Shown one piece after another: positions 60,822 to 64,000 of a stretch of 64,000 nt of DNA. Within the stretch, counting starts at the first letter, position 1. Each line of letters opens with the position of its first letter. Below the pieces are notes generated by a model. It was not told where the DNA came from. It worked only from the letters and a program-made list of their open reading frames with translations, and did no database searches. Source of the DNA: Macrostomum hystrix (lineage: Eukaryota > Animalia > Platyhelminthes); NCBI GenBank assembly GCA_950097015.1, contig CATNEN010000001.1, forward strand, positions 16,802,001-16,866,000. The letters run 5' to 3'. The translations under genes were made by a program, and so were the position numbers.

Positions 60822-62235
60822 TTTGCCGCGGCGTTTAGCACTGAGACCATAGTCTCTTTGGAACTCCCCTTTTTTAATTCAAAACTTTTCATTTTTTGCA
60901 ACTTTTTTACTCAACAAAAATCGAGCTTTTTATGGCTCTGATACATTCGAAATATATTTTTTCTGTAAGGAGCCATTTCTAAAGTTTTTTGTCGATCGTA
61001 CCTTCACATTAAGCATATTCTGCTTTCAATACCTGTTTCGATTCATAAACAATTGTAATTAGCAGCTAATTTCCATCCGAAACAACCTTTTTTTGTTAAA
61101 AGATCACATACCAGACTGGCTGTTAAGTAATCAGCTGAAACACTCTTGAACGTCAAACTGCAGGCATCGATCGGTAAATAAACAAGTGACGATCCGATTG
61201 TTTTTGCAAAGCTAATAGCTGGTCGTTAAACACTGATTTGCATACATGCAAACATTACAGTTTTTCATATTGGCTAATTGTTTGACAAATTGAGCAGGAC
61301 CAACGACTATCACAGTGTTTCCAAAGGCGGTTACAAAGGCTATTGCAGCAGGACTGTACAGAACGAAAAGCAGCACAGGCGAACCTGCGACGACGCTACA
61401 GATTTTTGCGGACGTCAGGTACCGGGCCACCGAGGTAGACGAACTGCCCTTGAGCCATTTAGCAAGGAAAAAGAGAGCGAAAAAAGATTCGCATGGTAAA
61501 GAAAAGCACTTTTAAATAATCAGTGAGAAGGAGCTGGGAAGCGATGCTTATTTCATAGTCGAGGGCCTCACATAGGGCCAGGGCTAAGTTAAAAAGCACG
61601 TGATGGAATCACGTGGGTTCTAAAAATAGCAACTGACGTCACTAGCGCGCAAACCTCACTCCTGCGTAGGTTCTGACTCATAATAAAAGCATCAATTGCA
61701 GCAAAAATATCTACTGTACTTTCAACGACAAAGAAAAAGGCAGGGGGAGAGCAGGAGCACTCAAAGTACACACGCGGCCGGGGGTGCGGGCGGGGCAGAG
61801 AGGAAACAGACCAGGCGCTGCCAGGCGCTGCGCTGCCTTCGCTCACAGTGAAATGGGGGCCTGAGCTACCTAGCAGTTGGGGCTATCGACAGCTAGTGAG
61901 ACACCAATAGGCCCCCAAGCAGTGGCTGACAACACATTCGGTCTACTGGTTGCCTGGGTTATTTAATTGCCCACTGCAAACAATTTCTTGCTGGTCAGTC
62001 TGCTTCCATGTTGATATAGCCGCACGGTTACTGTTGCTGAGCTGCTATCTCGATGGCAAACTAAATACTCGTAAAATAAATGCCCGAGGAGAAGAACAAC
62101 AGCAAAAGGCGCTGCCCACATTGCAGCTGGCAAAACAGCTCTAGGAGTCTCGTTGGGGACGCGGCAGCGCAGAATAGAATCGAGAAGGACACAGCGATAG
62201 CCTGACGAGACAGTTGGTTTGTCTCCTATTTGAAA

Positions 62236-63893
62236 ATGAAACACGTTGCGTTAGCCCTGAGCAGCACAACAGCTCATGGATTGCCCAGAGTAGTGGCAGA
62301 GAAGCCCAAGTACGTTCGCCTCGCCTGGTTGCTTCTTTATATGTGCATGCTCGGCTTGTTCTTGAAAAACTTCAGCGAGTTTGTTGTCAGGCTGCAGTCC
62401 AGCAAAGTGACCAGCTCCATTGCGTCGGAGGGTGAGCCTCTACAGTTTCCGGATGTATACATGTGCCTTGAGAACCCCATATCAGGCAGCTACTCAAAGA
62501 ACATCGACGCTAGCACTGTGGCAGCAGTTCACGCGAATTTCAATGTTACAATTGAGCGGATGTTAAACTGGCTTGCTAAAAGAAATGTCAGTGAAGAACG
62601 GCATCGTGAGCTAATGCAAAATAACAAAATATTGCAGCTATGGACTGCCCTACAAGCTGTTTTTCGAGGCTCTGGCTCACAGAAGCGAGCAGAGCATCAT
62701 CTCAAGCAGCGTCATTTACATTGAGGACTCCGGACAACCAACCTCTACTGCACTGGAACCTGTCGAATTTTACCATCCTGTCTTCCTGCGCTGTCTGCAG
62801 TGGGCCGTCAACGACACCTGGAAGTCAAAGATTATCGCAGAGGAGTCGTGGGCTGGACTAACGATCACGATACTGTTGGATACAAACCCTTCTTTCATTG
62901 AGTCTAGAGGTTCTTCTATTGAAAAGAAGATCTACATTGCAGATGGCATTGTGATCAATCCGTCGGACTGGTCTCTGTCATTGAATCACTTCACAAGCGC
63001 TGATCGAGTGGCCGGGGTGAAGCTGTTTCTGAGTCCACCCGGAGAATACCCGTCAGAGTTTGTGACAACATTCACTTTGGGTCCGGGAAAGTACCACTCG
63101 GTGGGCATGAAAATGACAAAGTATGTGTCAGCAGTGAGCTCTTCGAACTGTATCGAAAATGAGCCAGACGTCCAATTCTGGAATCCGTACGACGGCTCTC
63201 CGTACACCCACGCGTACAGTTATTCGTACTGTTACTTCTATGAGTATCACGAACAGTTTCAAAGACTTTTAAACGTATCGGGTGGAATCAGCCCACTACC
63301 ATGGCCTTTGAGGAACCGAAATTTCATTTACAACTTGACAGTTATTCCGAACTATCTCTCGGTTCAGCACAATCAGTCGGTTTGGGATGAAGTGAAAAAA
63401 TTCACAGAAAATGTTCGTTCGGCTTGTAAGAGAAGGCGACCGTGCAGCACGATAGTTTACAGCGAGAGCATATCGAGTGCTGACTGGCCCACCAGCAGTT
63501 CACTCGAACCATTCCTCAACAGCTCTGTGAAGAAGGCGTGGATGAGGGCCAAGGCCAAGAACTTAAGCGTTCCAGCACTGGACTTTTTGATGACTGGAAA
63601 TGCGTCCAGTGTGGCATCTTACGTGCGCGACAACCTGCAGCTGAGTGCACCTGAGGCTGACCGGTGCTGCTGGAGATCGAATCATATTCTCTGTCGAGTA
63701 CGGCTTCTCAAACTTCATATCGGAGGTTGGCGGCATCATGGGAATCTACCTGGGCATGTCGCTGCTGACTTTGTGCGAACTGCTGGAACTGTTGCACAAC
63801 TTGGTGATGTCCCGCTGGTCAGAGATGGCAAAGGTGGATGGAAATGCTGTGCAATCAATCTCGACTGTGGCCTCTGAACCAGTTAAGAAATGA
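62236..63893 (+). pseudogene. DEG/ENaC paralogue 8, full length but with two frameshifts (~62630 and ~63640)
   Basis: Three consecutive frames reconstruct a complete subunit with no other lesions seen; a young pseudogene or assembly indels. Confidence 0.75.
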
Positions 63894-64000
63894 ACGTCGT
63901 GGAAAATTGCTAGTTCAGGATTTTAATAGAATCATTCAATCAAAATAATAGTTAGCTGTCTTCAGGAAACTATGAGCACTTGCAAAAAATTTATTAAGTT

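Noticed and set aside
61212-62244. Short ORFs between channel paralogues 7 and 8
   Set aside because: All under 100 aa, mutually overlapping, with no recognisable motifs or splice support
47832-63893. Recombinase-driven programmed shuffling of the DEG/ENaC array
   Set aside because: I saw no copies of the palindrome or its arms beside the channel genes; proximity is adequately explained by transposon insertion

Overview
Eukaryotic (metazoan) genomic DNA with GT-AG introns, tRNA-derived SINEs and many intronic minisatellites. The repeat landscape and gene style suggest a free-living flatworm such as Macrostomum (inference only). From left to right: an orphan single-exon ORF on the minus strand; a long RBFOX/Fox-1 splicing-factor gene with several candidate alternative first exons and its own binding motif TGCATG at +4..+9 of the donor of the 93-nt RRM exon; a 6-exon TPR gene (TTC16-like); a 3-exon ABCA-type transporter whose two nucleotide-binding domains both look catalytically degenerate; and a ~21-kb tandem array of eight intronless DEG/ENaC channel paralogues (4 intact, 1 frameshifted, 3 decayed). 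The array is interrupted by a truncated Gypsy element (integrase, PPT, 3' LTR), two SINE families and an intact Crypton-type (DUF3504) tyrosine-recombinase ORF. That ORF is preceded by a perfect 32-bp palindrome, and a degenerate direct copy of it lies downstream of the ORF. The most notable items are the recombinase plus palindrome module, the cysteine-reduced and mosaic DEG/ENaC array, the putative pseudo-ATPase ABCA and the apparent conservation of RBFOX autoregulation.
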